64,000 nucleotides of DNA, from NCBI RefSeq assembly GCF_009914755.1, contig NC_060938.1. One strand, given 5' to 3'. The notes beneath the pieces are model-generated. The model was not told the DNA's origin. It made no database searches and worked only from the letters and a program-made list of their open reading frames with translations. Positions within the stretch are counted from its first letter, which is position 1. Every line of letters starts with the position of its first letter. The stretch is from the human T2T-CHM13v2.0 reference genome, Homo sapiens. Below, one piece after another: positions 24,361 to 37,448 of this stretch. Made by a program: the position numbers and the translations under genes.

Positions 24361-25099
24361 AAGAGTGATATTTTCTATGAATGACATCATGCAGATGTCC
24401 TTGCCTAATGCTTTGAACTGTTCTACCCTTTTCTTGAACTCATGCCCATAATTGATGGGCCAAGTGTGGTATACCATCTAGTGGGTCACTATGGAGAAGA
24501 AAGTTGTTGCACACTTTGTTGTATAGGATAGAATGGGAATTGGGTTGTGGTTGTCACCTTTACATTGGTTCTCTGTATGTCAGTGAATCATGTGTGAGGA
24601 TGAGTGTATGGTCTACAGTTCATTGAACTGGGTTGCGTAATTATCCAGTCATTGGTGCCTTATTTAGGGCCATTTAAAATTCACATTTAGTGGATCAGTA
24701 AATACTATTATTTAGTATGAAGTGTGGTATTACCACATTGAGTTAAGTAAAACTAATTGCCAAAAATGAGGTTCTAAGTGTCTCATGTGACTGTGAGAAG
24801 GTGAGATTGCAAAGTGTCCAGATTAGAAACTGAAGCATGTCAACATAATTTGAGAAATATGCAGAAGTCTTTTATTTGAGAGAATACAGTGAATTAATTC
24901 CTGAGAGGTGACATTAAACTAGACAAAACATCCAAATATAAAAATTAAGAGGAGCACAAATACAATTACTCAAAATAGATTAGGTGTTAGGTGTTCATCA
25001 AAATTCATATGCCCATGTGAGTGAGTTCTAGACGATGTCATGTGACATGAAATGATATACATATTAGCAGACCTGGTTTTCATATCCCAAGTGCACTAC

Positions 25100-25330
25100 T
25101 TCTTGCTTATTCTCACTATGGCTTACTGGAATAGAGTAACTTACAGGGAAACTATGGAAGAAGGCATGTTGAAGATGGCAAGCTTTCACTATCCCATATC
25201 TTTGGATAGCAGCATGAAGGAAGACTACCCTGACCACCTGCTAACTTGTCTCATATTGTTACATGAACAGTAAATTTTCTATTTGTTGACACTATTTGTT
25301 AAAACAGTTAGCTTTACCCTAATAAATACA
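25100..25330 (+). mobile_element. MaLR LTR 3' part (MLT1J-like)
   Basis: 'gttgaagatggc..ttacatgaacagtaaattttctatt..tttgtta..taccctaataaataca'. Confidence 0.5.
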
Positions 25331-25361
25331 ACATCTAAATAATATATAAATTATACTGCAG

Positions 25362-25532
25362 TCACTTATAACCTTTTTGTGGGGTAATAAATCTTACTGA
25401 TAATCTTTTGACATTTCTGAAAATTTCTTCCTTAAAAATGCTTATATTCAGCATATTCCATATTTTGCAAATGATTTCCTGAACCTTATGAAGTGCGTGT
25501 ATGGATATTAAAGATGTACAGTTAAAGAATAT
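25362..25532 (+). mobile_element. MER103C-like hAT fragment
   Basis: 'aacctttttgtgggg..aaaaatgc..attttgca..cagttaaagaa'. Confidence 0.4.
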
Positions 25533-25815
25533 TAAAATTCAGGAACAGTACAAACAATTACTGAGGGTCATATAGGAAGACTAATTGGCATAAGATATTT
25601 CAAAATAGGTATTGAAGATTTTTATCATTTTTGAAAGATGCAGGTCTGTAGCACTCAAATTTCAAAAAAAATGTAGTTTATTAAGCAGAACACCTAGCCA
25701 CTGGTAGTAGAATTGGGAGAGCCATAGGCTTAGTGCTCAGCTTCTTGAGTTCTACAAGAAAAGGTATGTAATCTTGTACCTACTCAGGGCAAAACAGATT
25801 TTATGTGAATTAAGG

Positions 25816-26110
25816 TTTGTTTTTTTGAGACACAGTCTCACTCTGTCACACAGTTTGGAGTGCAGTGGTGCAATCATAATTTACTGCAGCCTTAACCTCC
25901 CAGGCTCAAGCAATATCTTCTTGCCTCAGCCTCCTGAGTTGCTGGGACTATAGGTGTGTGCCACCATGCTCAGCTAAAATTTTTTTAAATTTTACTTTTT
26001 GTATAGACAGTTTCTCCCTGTGCTGCTCAGGTTGGTCTTGAACTCCTGGCCTCAAGCTATCTTCCCACCTTGGCCTCCCAAGGTGCTGGGATTAAAGGCA
26101 AGGGCCCAGC
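25816..26110 (-). mobile_element. AluJ
   Basis: 'actgcagccttaacctcccaggctcaagcaat', 'gaactcctggcctcaagc'; TSD GTGAATTAAGG/GTGAATTAGGG. Confidence 0.92.
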
Positions 26111-26251
26111 AGTGAATTAGGGCTTTTAGTTTCAAGAAAGAGAGGCTTATGAAAGTGAACTAAAATCCTGAGAGTTGATAGTAAGGCTACAGAAGAAAAT
26201 ACAGAGACTAGAATTTCATAGAAATAATAGCAGGCCTTGTAATGTCATGTA

Positions 26252-26669
26252 CAGTTCACCCTCAGACAATGTAGACTTGAACTGTGAGGGGCTATTAAAC
26301 ACAGATTGTCTTCCACCTCTACAATCCTAAGAAAGATGAACCTCTCTTCTCCTTTTTCATCCCACTCAATGTGAAAACAATGAGGATGAAGACTTGTATG
26401 ATAATCCACTTTCACTTAATACATAGTGATTCTCTTCCTTATGATTTTCATAATAATGATTTTTTCTAGCTTACTGTATTATAAGAATACTGTATATAAT
26501 ACATATAATGCACAAAATACGTGATAATAGACTGTTCATATTATCTGTAAGGCTTCTAGTCCACAGTAGGCTATTAGTGAGATTTTTGGGGAGTCGAAGT
26601 TATACTTGAATTTTCAACTGCATGGAGAGGCAGCATCCCTAAATCCCCTCATTATTCAAGGGTCAACTG
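26252..26669. mobile_element. Tigger2a (MER28) non-autonomous TcMar DNA transposon
   Basis: TIRs CAGTTCACCCT.. and ..TTCAAGGGTCAACTG, each flanked by TA; internal 'actcaatgtgaaaacaatgaggatgaagac'. Confidence 0.88.
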
Positions 26670-27069
26670 TATTACTAATTGGTTCTGAATGTAAAGCAGC
26701 TGAAAGTCAGGGTATAGTGTCTTTTTTTTAGAAATGCAACTCTTTTTTTTTGGATTTGTAATGCCGTTAACCATCATTAAGCCACTCCTTTATTTTGCAT
26801 TTGGTTCGGTTTAAATCTAATATTTTTCCTCTACTAACCTAATGCTTCTGCCTATTATGAAGCAAAAGATAATTTGGTTCACTTAGTTATTTACAATCAC
26901 AAACTCTGGATATTTTGTCATACTGGAGAACCACATAGATTGAACTTGTCTTCCAGGGATTAAAGTATAACCTTCAGAGACTTCTCTCAGTTAAAATTAT
27001 GAATGGGCAGCTTCGCAAAGTATGGAATGTAATGTGGCTGTGGCTGGCGTTACTAGTCATCTAGTGTAA

Positions 27070-27268
27070 CCATTAATAGCTAGTAAATCTACTTCCTGGA
27101 AAAAAAGAAAAGGTTCCTATTTGTAGTGTTTGCCAATTTCCATGGTGTAAATATTCTCATCCGGACCAATTTCTGCTACCTATGGTTTTAAAAATGACTT
27201 AAAATTTTCTAAATATTTAACAATTGAATTTTATGGTCCAGAGGTTTTGGGCATTGGTACATCACTTG
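27070..27268. mobile_element. MER63A-like hAT MITE
   Basis: 'atttgtagtgtttgccaatttccatggtgtaaatattctc..gctacc'. Confidence 0.65.
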
Positions 27269-28465
27269 AACAAGAACCTATGTTAAACCAGTAAATTAAT
27301 TGAAAAAAAATACACATCACTCATGCCAAGACTAGAATTAATCAAACTGACTAGAAGTTTAAGACTCCCAGAATATATATATACACACAATACACACACA
27401 TCATCTCACACATACACACAATTACAAACTTGCTTAGGAAATAAATATTGCCATTTCATATAACACTGACAACAACCTCAGCTCTTTGCCCTTGGGAATT
27501 GCAAGGTCTGCAGCAAGATCCCTGCTACCTTTTCAGCAACACAAAATGTTCTCCAATGAAAGGATGTTTGAGAGAGCTGTAATTAGACTCGACAGGAGTT
27601 TAATATATTGAAGACCTAACATTGATTTAATTTTATATTTGCATTCATGATATATGCTTATACTTGATTTCCCTAACTGAGTCTGACACCTTTATTGGAA
27701 TACTGGCAGCATAGACAAGAATGGCTTACATAAAATATGACAGCATGGTTTGGACCAGATGGAAGTTTTCTGACCTGATGTGATGTGGCATCTGAGGAGC
27801 TGGTAACTGCTGGACTCAATATGCTCATTAACTGAATAGGAAACCATTACAGTCTTGAGATGAGCTGATCTGACCCCGATCCCATGCATACCCTTCTCTC
27901 TTTATTCATGACAGAGTTGGGGCCATGTGGTATAAGAGAGCCTGCTTATTATCTCAAGCTCCATGTTAATGTAAAGCAGGTAAAATGGACAAGGGAATCA
28001 TTGCTGAGACATGGGAGTAGTGCCACAGAGATTATGTTGACTAAAGGAAGAAATGATAGAGACTGGTATAAACATTATATCCCATATCTTTATGACCTTA
28101 TTATAAACATAAAGCACAATTAATTTTTCCTCAGTGTTGCCTCCCTTTCTCTGTTTGGCCCTAGAAACTATAAAGTCAAGAAAATCAGATCAATATCCTT
28201 TTCTTTTACTTCTTACTTATTGTTTTGGTTTACTTGGCACATTTTCTACCTTTATTGTTTGTGCTGACTCTGGATTTATGTAATTTTAAGATATCCTAAC
28301 TGACATAGAAATCAACCACTATGCAATATCTAAAAGAGGCTTATTATAGGACGTAGTTCTTGAGATGGGCTTAAATAATTATAATAGATGAATGTATTGA
28401 ACTGTTGGAGAGGTTTTCTGAGGTTCGAAGACCTGCACAGTTTACCATTATCAGTTGAGGGGAAT

Positions 28466-28819
28466 GTGTTTCCTAGTCCATTTCTATTGCTATAATAGGA
28501 CATGTGAGACTGAGTAATTTATGAAGAAAAAAATTTGTTTTACAGTTCTGGAGTCTGGGAAGTCCAAGAACATGGTCCCAGTATCTGGTGAGGGCATGTT
28601 TGTTATGTGGTGGAGGGCATCACATGGTGAGAAATTAAGAATGTGTGTGTCACCATAGGCCTCTCTTTCCCCTCTTAGAAGGCCACCAGTTCCATCATGG
28701 GGGTCCTGATGAACTTATCAAATCCTAATTACTTCTCAAAGACCCCCACCTCCAATCAGCATATGGGAGATTAAATTTCTAACACACAAAATTTGGGGGA
28801 CATATTCAAACCATACTCA
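28466..28819 (-). mobile_element. MaLR solo LTR (MSTC/MSTD/MLT1A-like)
   Basis: 'tagtccatttctattgctataa..acagttctggagtctgggaagtccaag..gggggacatattcaaaccata'. Confidence 0.8.
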
Positions 28820-30494
28820 TATGTAAGCAAGTCAGGGTAGATTTTTTCCCAGGGAGGCCTTGCTTAGAGATAAATTCAAAGTTCATAGTAGTTGTGGTAG
28901 TAATACACAGCCTAAATGTTACTAAGCTGTCCCTCTGAGATTTATTCCTAGAAGTCTCTATCTCCTGACAGGTACCATCCCCAGACCATATTGTTTGGCA
29001 AGTTGCTGCCTGGTGGCCAGCAATTATACTGTCTCTAAAAACATCCCCAGAAAGTTAAACCTCTATAAAAAACTGAACCCTTCTCCAAATTATAGTCTGG
29101 TGCCAAAAATTATCAGATTATATACATCTAAATAATCAGGAGGATTTGTTAAAATATAGTGATATTGTTCGGCTCTGGATCTTCACCCAAATCTCATGCT
29201 GAATTGTAATCTCCAATGTTGGGGGAGGGACCTGATGGGAGGTGATTGGATCACAGGGGCAGATTTCCCCCTTGCCATTCTTGTAATAGTGGGTGAGTTA
29301 TCACAAGATCTGTTTGTTTGAAAGTGTAGCACTTTCCCTTTCTCTCTCTCTCCCCCACCACGCACCCCGCCTACTGGCCATGTGAAGACATGCTTTCTTC
29401 CACTTCACCTTCTGTCATTATTGTAAGTTTCCTGAGGCCTCCCCAGCCATGCCTCCTGTACAGCCTGTGGAACTATGAGTCAATTAAACCTCTTTTCTGC
29501 ATGAATTTCTCAGTTGTAGGTAGTTCTTTATAGTAGTGTGAGAATGGATTAATACAGAAAGTTGGTACCAGAGATGTGGGGGCATTGCCATAAAAATGCC
29601 TGAAAATGTGGAAGCCACTTTAAAAGTGGGTAACAGGCAGAGTTTGGAACAGTTTGGAGGGCTCAGAAGAAGAGAAGATGATGAGGGAAAGTTTAGCACT
29701 TCCTAGAGACTTGTTAAATTGTTGTTATCAAAATGCTGATAGTGATGTGGACAGTGAAGTCCAGGCTGAGGAGTTCTCAGATGGAGATGAGGAACTTCTT
29801 GGGAAGTGGAGTAAAGGTCGCTTTTGCTATGCTTTAGCAAAGAGACTGGTGGCATTGTGCCCTTGCTCTAGGGATCTATTGAACTTTGAACTTGAAAGAG
29901 GTGATTGAGGGTATCTGACAGAAGAATTCTAAGAAGCAAAGCATTCAAGATGTGACCTGGCTGCTTCTAAAAGCCTAAGCTCATCTGTATAAACAAAGAA
30001 ATGACCTGAAACTGGAACTTATATATAAAAGGGAAGCAAAGCATAAAAGTTTGGAAATTTTTCAGCCTAGTCATGTGATAGAAAAGAAAACTAATTTTCT
30101 AGGAAGAAATTTAATCTGGTTGCAGAAATTTGCATAAGTAAGAGAAGCTGAATGTTAATAGCCAAGACAATGAGGAAAATTCCTCCAAGGCATTTCAGAC
30201 ACCTTCAGGGCAGCCCCTCCCATCACAAGCCTGGAAGCCTAGGGGAGAAAAATGTTTCTGTGGGCCAGGCCCAGGGCCCTGCTGCTCTGCGCAGCCTTGG
30301 AACATGGTGCCCTGCATTACAGCTGCTTCAGCTCCAGCCTTGACTAAAAGGGCCCCAGATACGTCTCAGGCCACTGTTCCAGAGGGTAGACTCCCACAGC
30401 CTTGGAAGGCACCAAGGCCTCCACATGGTGTTAAGTCTGCCAGTGTGCAGAGGGCAAAAGCTGAGGCTTGAGAACTTCTGCCTAGATTTCAGAG

Positions 30495-31401
30495 TGGATT
30501 ATTCCATTGTTATATTGCTATAAAGAACTGCCTGAGTCTTGGTAGTTTATAAAGGAAAGAAGTTGAACTGACTTACAGTTCAGCAAGGCTGGGAAGACCA
30601 CAGGAAACTTACAATCATGGCAAAAGGCAAAGAGAAAGCAAGGCACCTTCTTCTCAAGGTGGCAGAAAGGTGAAGAGCAAGCAGGGAGAATGCTAGATTC
30701 TTATAAAACCATTGGATCTCATGAGACTCACTATCATGAGAACAGCATGGGGGAACCTCCCTCATAATCAGATTTCCTCCACCTGGTTCCACCCTTGACA
30801 TGTGGAGATTATGAGTATTATAATTTGAGATGAGATTTGGGTGGGGACACAGCAAAACCATATAATTCTGCCCCTGGTCCCTTCCAAATCTCATGTCCTC
30901 ACATTTCAAAACACAATTATGCCTTTCCAACAGTCCCCCAAAATCTTAGCTCATTCCAGCATTAACCCAAAATCCAAGCCCAAAGTCTCATCTGAGACAA
31001 GGAAAATCCCTTTCACCTATGAGCCTGTAAAATTGAAAGCAAGTTAGTTACTTCCTAGATACGATGGGGATAAAGGCATTGGGTAAATACATCCATTCCA
31101 AATGGGAGAAATTGGCCAAAACAAAGGGGCTGCGGGCCCCATGCAAGTCCAAAATCCAACAGGGCAGACATTAAATCTTAAAGCTCCAAAATGATCTTTG
31201 ACTCCATGTCTCACATCTGGGGCATGCTGATGCAAAGGGTGGGATCCCACCGTTTTGGGTAGCTCTGCCCCTGTGGCTTTGCAGGGTCCAGCCCAACTCC
31301 AAGCTGCTTTCACAGGCTGGCATTGAGGGTCTGTGGCTTTTCCAGGTGCACAGTGTAAGCATCAGTGGCTCTACCATTCTGGAGTCTGGAGGACAGTGGC
31401 C
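30495..31401 (-). mobile_element. THE1D-like 3' LTR (30495-30865) plus 3' internal fragment, inverted inside MSTA
   Basis: 'taaagaactgcctgag..aaggcaccttcttc..cccttgacatgtggagattatgagtattataatt' differs from the host MSTA LTRs; followed by antisense MaLR internal sequence. Confidence 0.85.
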
Positions 31402-31609
31402 TGATAAGAGGGTACATCCATTGACAGCTTGCACAGTGCACCTGGAAAAGTTGTAGGCACTCAGTGTCAGCCTTTGAAAGCAGCCATGGTGACTATACCC
31501 TGCAGAGCCACAGGGATAGAGCTCCCCAAGGCCTTGGGAGTCCACCTCTTGTATCAGTGTGGCCTGGATGTGAGACATGGAGTCAAAGGAGAATATTTTG
31601 AATCTTTAA

Positions 31610-31910
<301 letters not shown>

Positions 31911-32892
31911 AAAGCTTTAAGATTTAATGACTGCTCTGCTGGGTTTCAGACTTTCATGGGGCCTATAGCCACTTTGTTTTGGCCAATTTCTCCCATTTGT
32001 AATGGGAGCATTTACCCAATGCCTGTATTCCCATTGTACCTTGGAAGTAACTAACTTGTTTTTGATTTTACAGGCCCATAGGTTAAAGGGACTTGCCTTG
32101 TCTCAGATGAGACTTTGGACTTGGACTTTTGCGTTAACGCTGGAATGAGTTAAGACTTTGAGGGACTGTTGGGAAGGCATACTTATGCTTTGAAATATGA
32201 GAAGGATATGAGGTTTGGAGGGGCAGAATGATATGATTTGACTCTGTGTCCCCACCCAAATTTCATGTTGAATTGTAATCCCCAATGTTGGGTAAAGGAC
32301 CTGGAAGGAGGTGATTGGATCATGGCGGAAGATTTCCCCTTTGCTGTTTTAATGGTAGTAAGTGAGTTATCATGAGATCTGATCGTTTGAAAGTGTGTAG
32401 CAATTCCACCTTCTTTCTCTCTCTCTCCTGCCCCATGTGAAGATGTGCTTGCTTCCTCTTCACCTTCTGCCATAATTGTAAGTTTCCTGAGGCCTCCCCA
32501 ACCATGCCTCCTGTACAGCCTACAGAAAAGTAAGTCAATTAGATCTTTTTTTCTTCATGAATTTCCCAGTCTTAGGTAGTTCTTTATAGCAGTGTGAAAA
32601 TGGACTAATACATATAGGTTCCTCTAGGAATCCATCTATGGATGAAGGCAGAGAACTACTTATATTTTAACAAGAAATCTGGGTAGTTCTTAAACATCCA
32701 GCTATATTTTTAACCGCATTTTAGTCATTACTTCTTAGACTTGATACATCCTTACTTATACAGTTTTCCTTTTACATCTCATTCCAATTTGATTGTTTTC
32801 ATCACTGTTAGATCTATACATGGACATTTTTTTTCTAGCCATAACCAGAAGCTATTCACTGAGAAGGAAGTAAATAGTATATATACTTTTTA

Positions 32893-32931
<39 letters not shown>

Positions 32932-33032
32932 CTTTAATGTATTATATATTCATATATAATACATAAAATATATTCATAAAATATATATTATGTATATATA
33001 TTCATATATACACATATATATGTATATGTGTA
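32893..33032. repeat. (TG)n(TA)n microsatellite and TA-rich tract
   Basis: Directly visible. Confidence 0.9.
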
Positions 33033-34004
33033 TTATGATACTGTTTAATATCAATGGGTCTGACCTTGTAAACAGAAATACTTGATAGTTCTATTCTTCT
33101 ATATTTCTAGATATTAACTATACAATGATATTTATAGAAGAGGGTTTGAATGTTCATTTGGAATCCAGGAAAGTAATTGAGAGCAAGACTTGTTTGTTAG
33201 AGAATGGAGTAATATTATTTAGGGTGTGGATGCCTAAATTTGAAAACTCTGTGTTAATAATTTTTTAAAATATTAAAGAAGAGTTTCATGCATTTTATTG
33301 ATGCATTTTAATATTGATTTTTTAAGAAGAGTTTTTAAAAACATTTCTAAAGAATGAACTCTGAGCTTCCCACAGGGTTCACTCTCATGTTTTAGACGCT
33401 CTCATGCTGTGGATTTTATTTTTTTGCTTTATGGCATTTTTATTTAAATGCCTCAAAAGATCTTATAGAGACATGCATGAGCATGGATATTTATAGATGA
33501 AAATACATTTTATTTTCTCATTTTACAGAATTTAATTACATATACTAATTTACTGGGGCTGCCATAACACTCTTATTTATAGAGGAAAGAAGCATCTTCT
33601 GAAGCAGGGCTCAATTCCTTTGCATTGACATTTTTCCTTGGTCCTCAGATGAGGTGACAGGCTTTTCTTAACCAAAGGGAATGTAGAGAACACGTGTATA
33701 TCTGTTTTATATTTATAAGTTGCAAAGCTCTTCCTGAGACTGGAGCCTGGGTAATTGGTGCTATGCAAGAGAAATAGGGCAGTTATTATTGCTCCAGCAG
33801 CATGAAACATCCTGGTTTGGATTGAGTGTTTATTATCAAGAAGATAAAGGGTGTTAGCAAAGAAACTACTAAAGGAAGTGTAAGCGATTTATTAAAGAGA
33901 ATTTCAAGACTATCTCATATATTCATGTAGATTTTTCATATTACTGCAATTCATTTGTAAAAGATAACATCCACAGTAGAAATAATAATTTAGGGCCAGG
34001 CACA

Positions 34005-34140
34005 ACTGAGTTAAAATTCTTATTCCTCTCTACATGATAGGTGACATTTGGTCATTGTGAACCTCTCTTAAACTCAGAGTCCTTGTCTATAAAATAGGAA
34101 TAAGCACAATTATATAGAAGATAAAAAATTAAATGAGTTG
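34005..34140 (+). mobile_element. MIR SINE
   Basis: 'gtgaca..aacctctct..ctcag..tctataaaatagga..attaaatgagtt'. Confidence 0.6.
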
Positions 34141-35195
34141 AAGTCTGTCTCAAAGGAGGAAGTCATTCATAGAAGAATGACTTTTGAACTTTTGATATAA
34201 TGAATTGCATTGATTGACTTTCAAATTTGAAATAAACTTGCATTCCTGGGATAAACTCTTTATCTTGATGCATTTTCTTTTTTATATATTGCTGGATTTG
34301 ATTTGCTAACATTTTGTTAAATATTTTTGCAACTATGTATATAAAGAATATCATTCGGTAGTTTTCATATGTCTTTGTCTGGCTTGATTATCAGTGTAGT
34401 ATTGACCTCATAACATGAATTAAGAAATAGTTCTCCCTTATTTTTGTTAAAGTTTGGTCAGGATCAGCGTAAGTTCTTCTTTAAATGTTTTTTTTATAAT
34501 TCACTAGTGAAGCCACCTGGACCCACTTTTTTGGGGGAAAGGTCTTAAATTAAAAAATTTAATTTCTAAAATTGATATAGTAGTACTCAAATTTTTTATT
34601 TCTCTTGAATTAATAGTGGAGTTTGTCCCTCAAGGAGTTTGTTACATTCACATAAGGCAAAATTTTTTGACATTAAACATTTATAATATTCTCTTACTAT
34701 CTTTGTAATGTCTGTGGGCTCTGTACCAATGTCCTCTTATTAATTTCCAATATTAGTAATGTGTATTTTATTAATTTCTTCTATTATAGCTTAAGATTCA
34801 ACTACATAAATTTTTCTTCCAGCTAAAGATTTCTCATTTTTAGTGATCTCAAAGATTCAGCTTTTTTCTAGGGGCGTTTACTTATTATATGTCCATTTTC
34901 TAGTTTCTTTATTTCTCAGTGATCTTTATTTTTTCTTTATCCTTAGCTTTGGGATTTTAAATTTTTCTCTCAGCATCTCACTTTCACTAGTTTGATTATG
35001 ATGTATCTAGGTGTGATCTTCTTTGCAATTATCCTACTTGGCATTTGTGAAGCTTCTTGATTAAATAAGTTACAAGTTTTTGCTAAATCTGGGACGATTT
35101 TGGACATTGTGCCTGCAAATATATTTTTTTGTCTCTTATTCTCATCTCCTTCTGGAAATCCAATTAAACTTGTATCACAACTTCTGATATTGCCC

Positions 35196-36173
35196 CAATT
35201 TTCACTGGGCTTTTTGTTTCTCCTGCATGTGTGCATAGTTTAGAAGTCATCCAGGGATTCCTGTAGAGCTTATCTCCCCCTTTCTATGACTATCTTGCTC
35301 TCTGAGGCTCTGTTTTTTTTATTCAATCCTTTCCTCTCTGTACTTCAAATTGAATCATTTTCTTTAGTATATCTTCAGTTCACAAAATATTTTTTCAGTC
35401 ATTTCAATGCTGCTATTGAGCTTATATACTAAATTTTTGCTTTTAATTATGGTATTTTTCAGTGCTAGAATTCCTACTTTGTTCTTTTGTATCATTTCAA
35501 TTTCTCCCCTGAGATCATTATTGGTTTGCTTATTATTAGCACATTTCTCTTTATCCTTGTGAACATGTTTTCTTTTAACTTTTAAAACATATTTATAGTA
35601 GTTGCTTTGAGATCTTTTTCTCCTTTATCCAACATCTAGCCTTCTTTATGTGTATGTGTGATTATGATTTACATTTACTGGTTTCTTTACATGTCTAGTA
35701 ATTTTTGATAAAAAACAGGCACTAGCTAATGTGTTATAGTATTTCTTAAATCTTTTTTGTTTCTCTAAGGGTTGCTGTTCTGTGTTTTTTTTTTTCATTT
35801 TAGTAGGTGATTCAGTTTTCTGGTCTCAAAATGTGAAATCTGTTACCTCTTTGACTTGTATCCATTGATGGCTCTGCTTACATTTTTTTTAACCTTGGTC
35901 TCTGCAGGTCTACTTTGTGCCTGTGTAGTTTTAGCAGTCAGTCAATGATTTAGATATAGGCTATGCTCAGACACCACAGGTCAGTAAATCTTCTATGCTC
36001 TGCACCCTGAAATGTGATTGAGGAATACATCAAAAAAATTCAGGAAATTTTCAACTTTTTCTAAGGCTTCAATTTTCATTGGGCTTTTTGTGTGTCCTGT
36101 ATGTGTATATAGTTTGGAAGTCATCCAGGGGTTCATGTAGAGCTTATCTCCCCCTTTCTATGACTATCTTACT
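35196..36173. repeat. ~104-bp dispersed direct duplication (35196-35299 and 36070-36173)
   Basis: Both copies contain 'gaagtcatccaggg..tgtagagcttatctccccctttctatgactatctt'. Confidence 0.92.
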
Positions 36174-36792
36174 TTTAAACACCTCCTCTGCAGTTTCTGG
36201 TTTCTGTTTTGTTGACCTTGAACCAAACTATTACTTCTGGCCAGAGAAGCTGTGGCTTTCACTCCTTGAGCTGGGGAGGATGGAAACAATTCAGTGTGGA
36301 AATACCACAAATTCACTGTTCTTAACCAATGCAGCAACAGTTTTTCATAAAAATACAATTCTTAAGTTATTTCATGCATAAAAAATTCTCAGACTTATGG
36401 TGTCTGAGCATAGCCTATGTCTAAATCATTGACTGACTGCTAAAACTACACAGGCACATAGTAGACCTCTAGGGACCAAGGTTAAAATAAAAAGGTAATC
36501 AGAGCCATCAGTGGATACAAGTTGAAGGGGTGACAGATTTTACATTTTGAGACAAGAAAAGTGAATCACCTACTAAAATGAAAACAACACAAATCAGCAA
36601 CTCTCAGAAAAACAAAACAGATTTAAGAATCATTATAACACATTAGCTAGTGCCTGGTTTTCTATAAAAAATAACTAGACATGCAAAGAAATGAGTAAAA
36701 ACTCACTTACATAAAAAGAGCACATATACAAAGAAGCCCCATGTATCGGATAAAGGACACAAAGACTTCAAAGCAACTACTATACGTATGTT
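35586..36792. repeat. ~400-bp inverted duplication (35586-35982 vs 36392-36792)
   Basis: For example 'tgtgcctgtgtagttttagcagtcagtcaatgatttaga..ggctatgctcagacacca' is mirrored by 'tggtgtctgagcatagcc..tctaaatcattgactgactgctaaaactacacaggcaca'. Confidence 0.93.
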
Positions 36793-36947
36793 CCCTACCT
36801 TTGGTCATGTTCAGTTCCTGACATGATCATTCTGAATGATTTCAATGCATTTTGTGTTTGCTTTCTGCTTAGCAAAATCATCTCACTCCTTCATGATGCT
36901 ATTGACAAAAGTAGAGTTCTGGTTTTCAGAGTTTAAATGTGTACCAG

Positions 36948-37356
36948 TTTTGTTTGCTTGTTTGTTTTCTTATTTATTTATTTATTTTATTATACTTTAA
37001 GTTCTGGGATACATGGGAAGAACGCGCAAGTTTGTTACATTGGTATACACGTGACATGGTGGTTTGCTGCACCCATCAACCCGTAATCTACATTAGGTAT
37101 TTCTCCTAATGCTGTCCCTCCCCTATACCCCCAACCCGTGACAGGCCCCAGTGTGTGATGTTCCCCTCACTGTGTCCATGTGTTCTCATTGTTCAACTCT
37201 CACTTATGAGTGAGAACATGTGGTGTTTGGTTTTCTGTTGTTGTGTTAGTTTGCTGAGAATGATGGTTTCCAGCTTCATCCATGACCCTGCAAAGGATGT
37301 GAACTCATCCTTTTTATGCTGCATAGTATTCTATGGTGTATATGTGCCACATTTTC
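36948..37356 (-). mobile_element. 5'-truncated L1PA (L1PA7-like) 3' end
   Basis: 'ttatactttaagttctgggatacatg..ggtttgctgcacccatcaacccg..acattaggtatttctcctaatgct'; TSD core AAATGTGTACCAG at 36935-36947 and 37400-37412. Confidence 0.93.
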
Positions 37357-37448
37357 CAGTTGCTAGAGGTTCTAAACTACGCTCCTTAAAAGCTGGTAAA
37401 AATGTGTACCAGCTTTTAAAGAGCGTAGTTTAGAACCTCTAGCAACTG
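37357..37448. repeat. 42-bp inverted repeat, 1 mismatch, 8-nt loop
   Basis: 37357-37398 is the reverse complement of 37407-37448 except at one position. Confidence 0.97.

Larger units (their letters stand above)
34160..36912 (-). mobile_element. Old L1M 5' portion (ORF2 RT remnant ~34160-34965; ORF1 remnant ~34970-35700; 5'UTR beyond), rearranged
   Basis: Track ORF 34163-34354 ([24 protein letters not shown]) resembles L1 ORF2 RT; track ORF 34970-35236 (LIGFPEG..QEASQMPSRI..TPRYIIIKL) resembles L1 ORF1p. Confidence 0.8.

Noticed and set aside
34163-35236. L1 ORF1p- and ORF2p-like peptides
   Set aside because: Short pseudogenic remnants of an old, internally deleted L1; not functional CDS.
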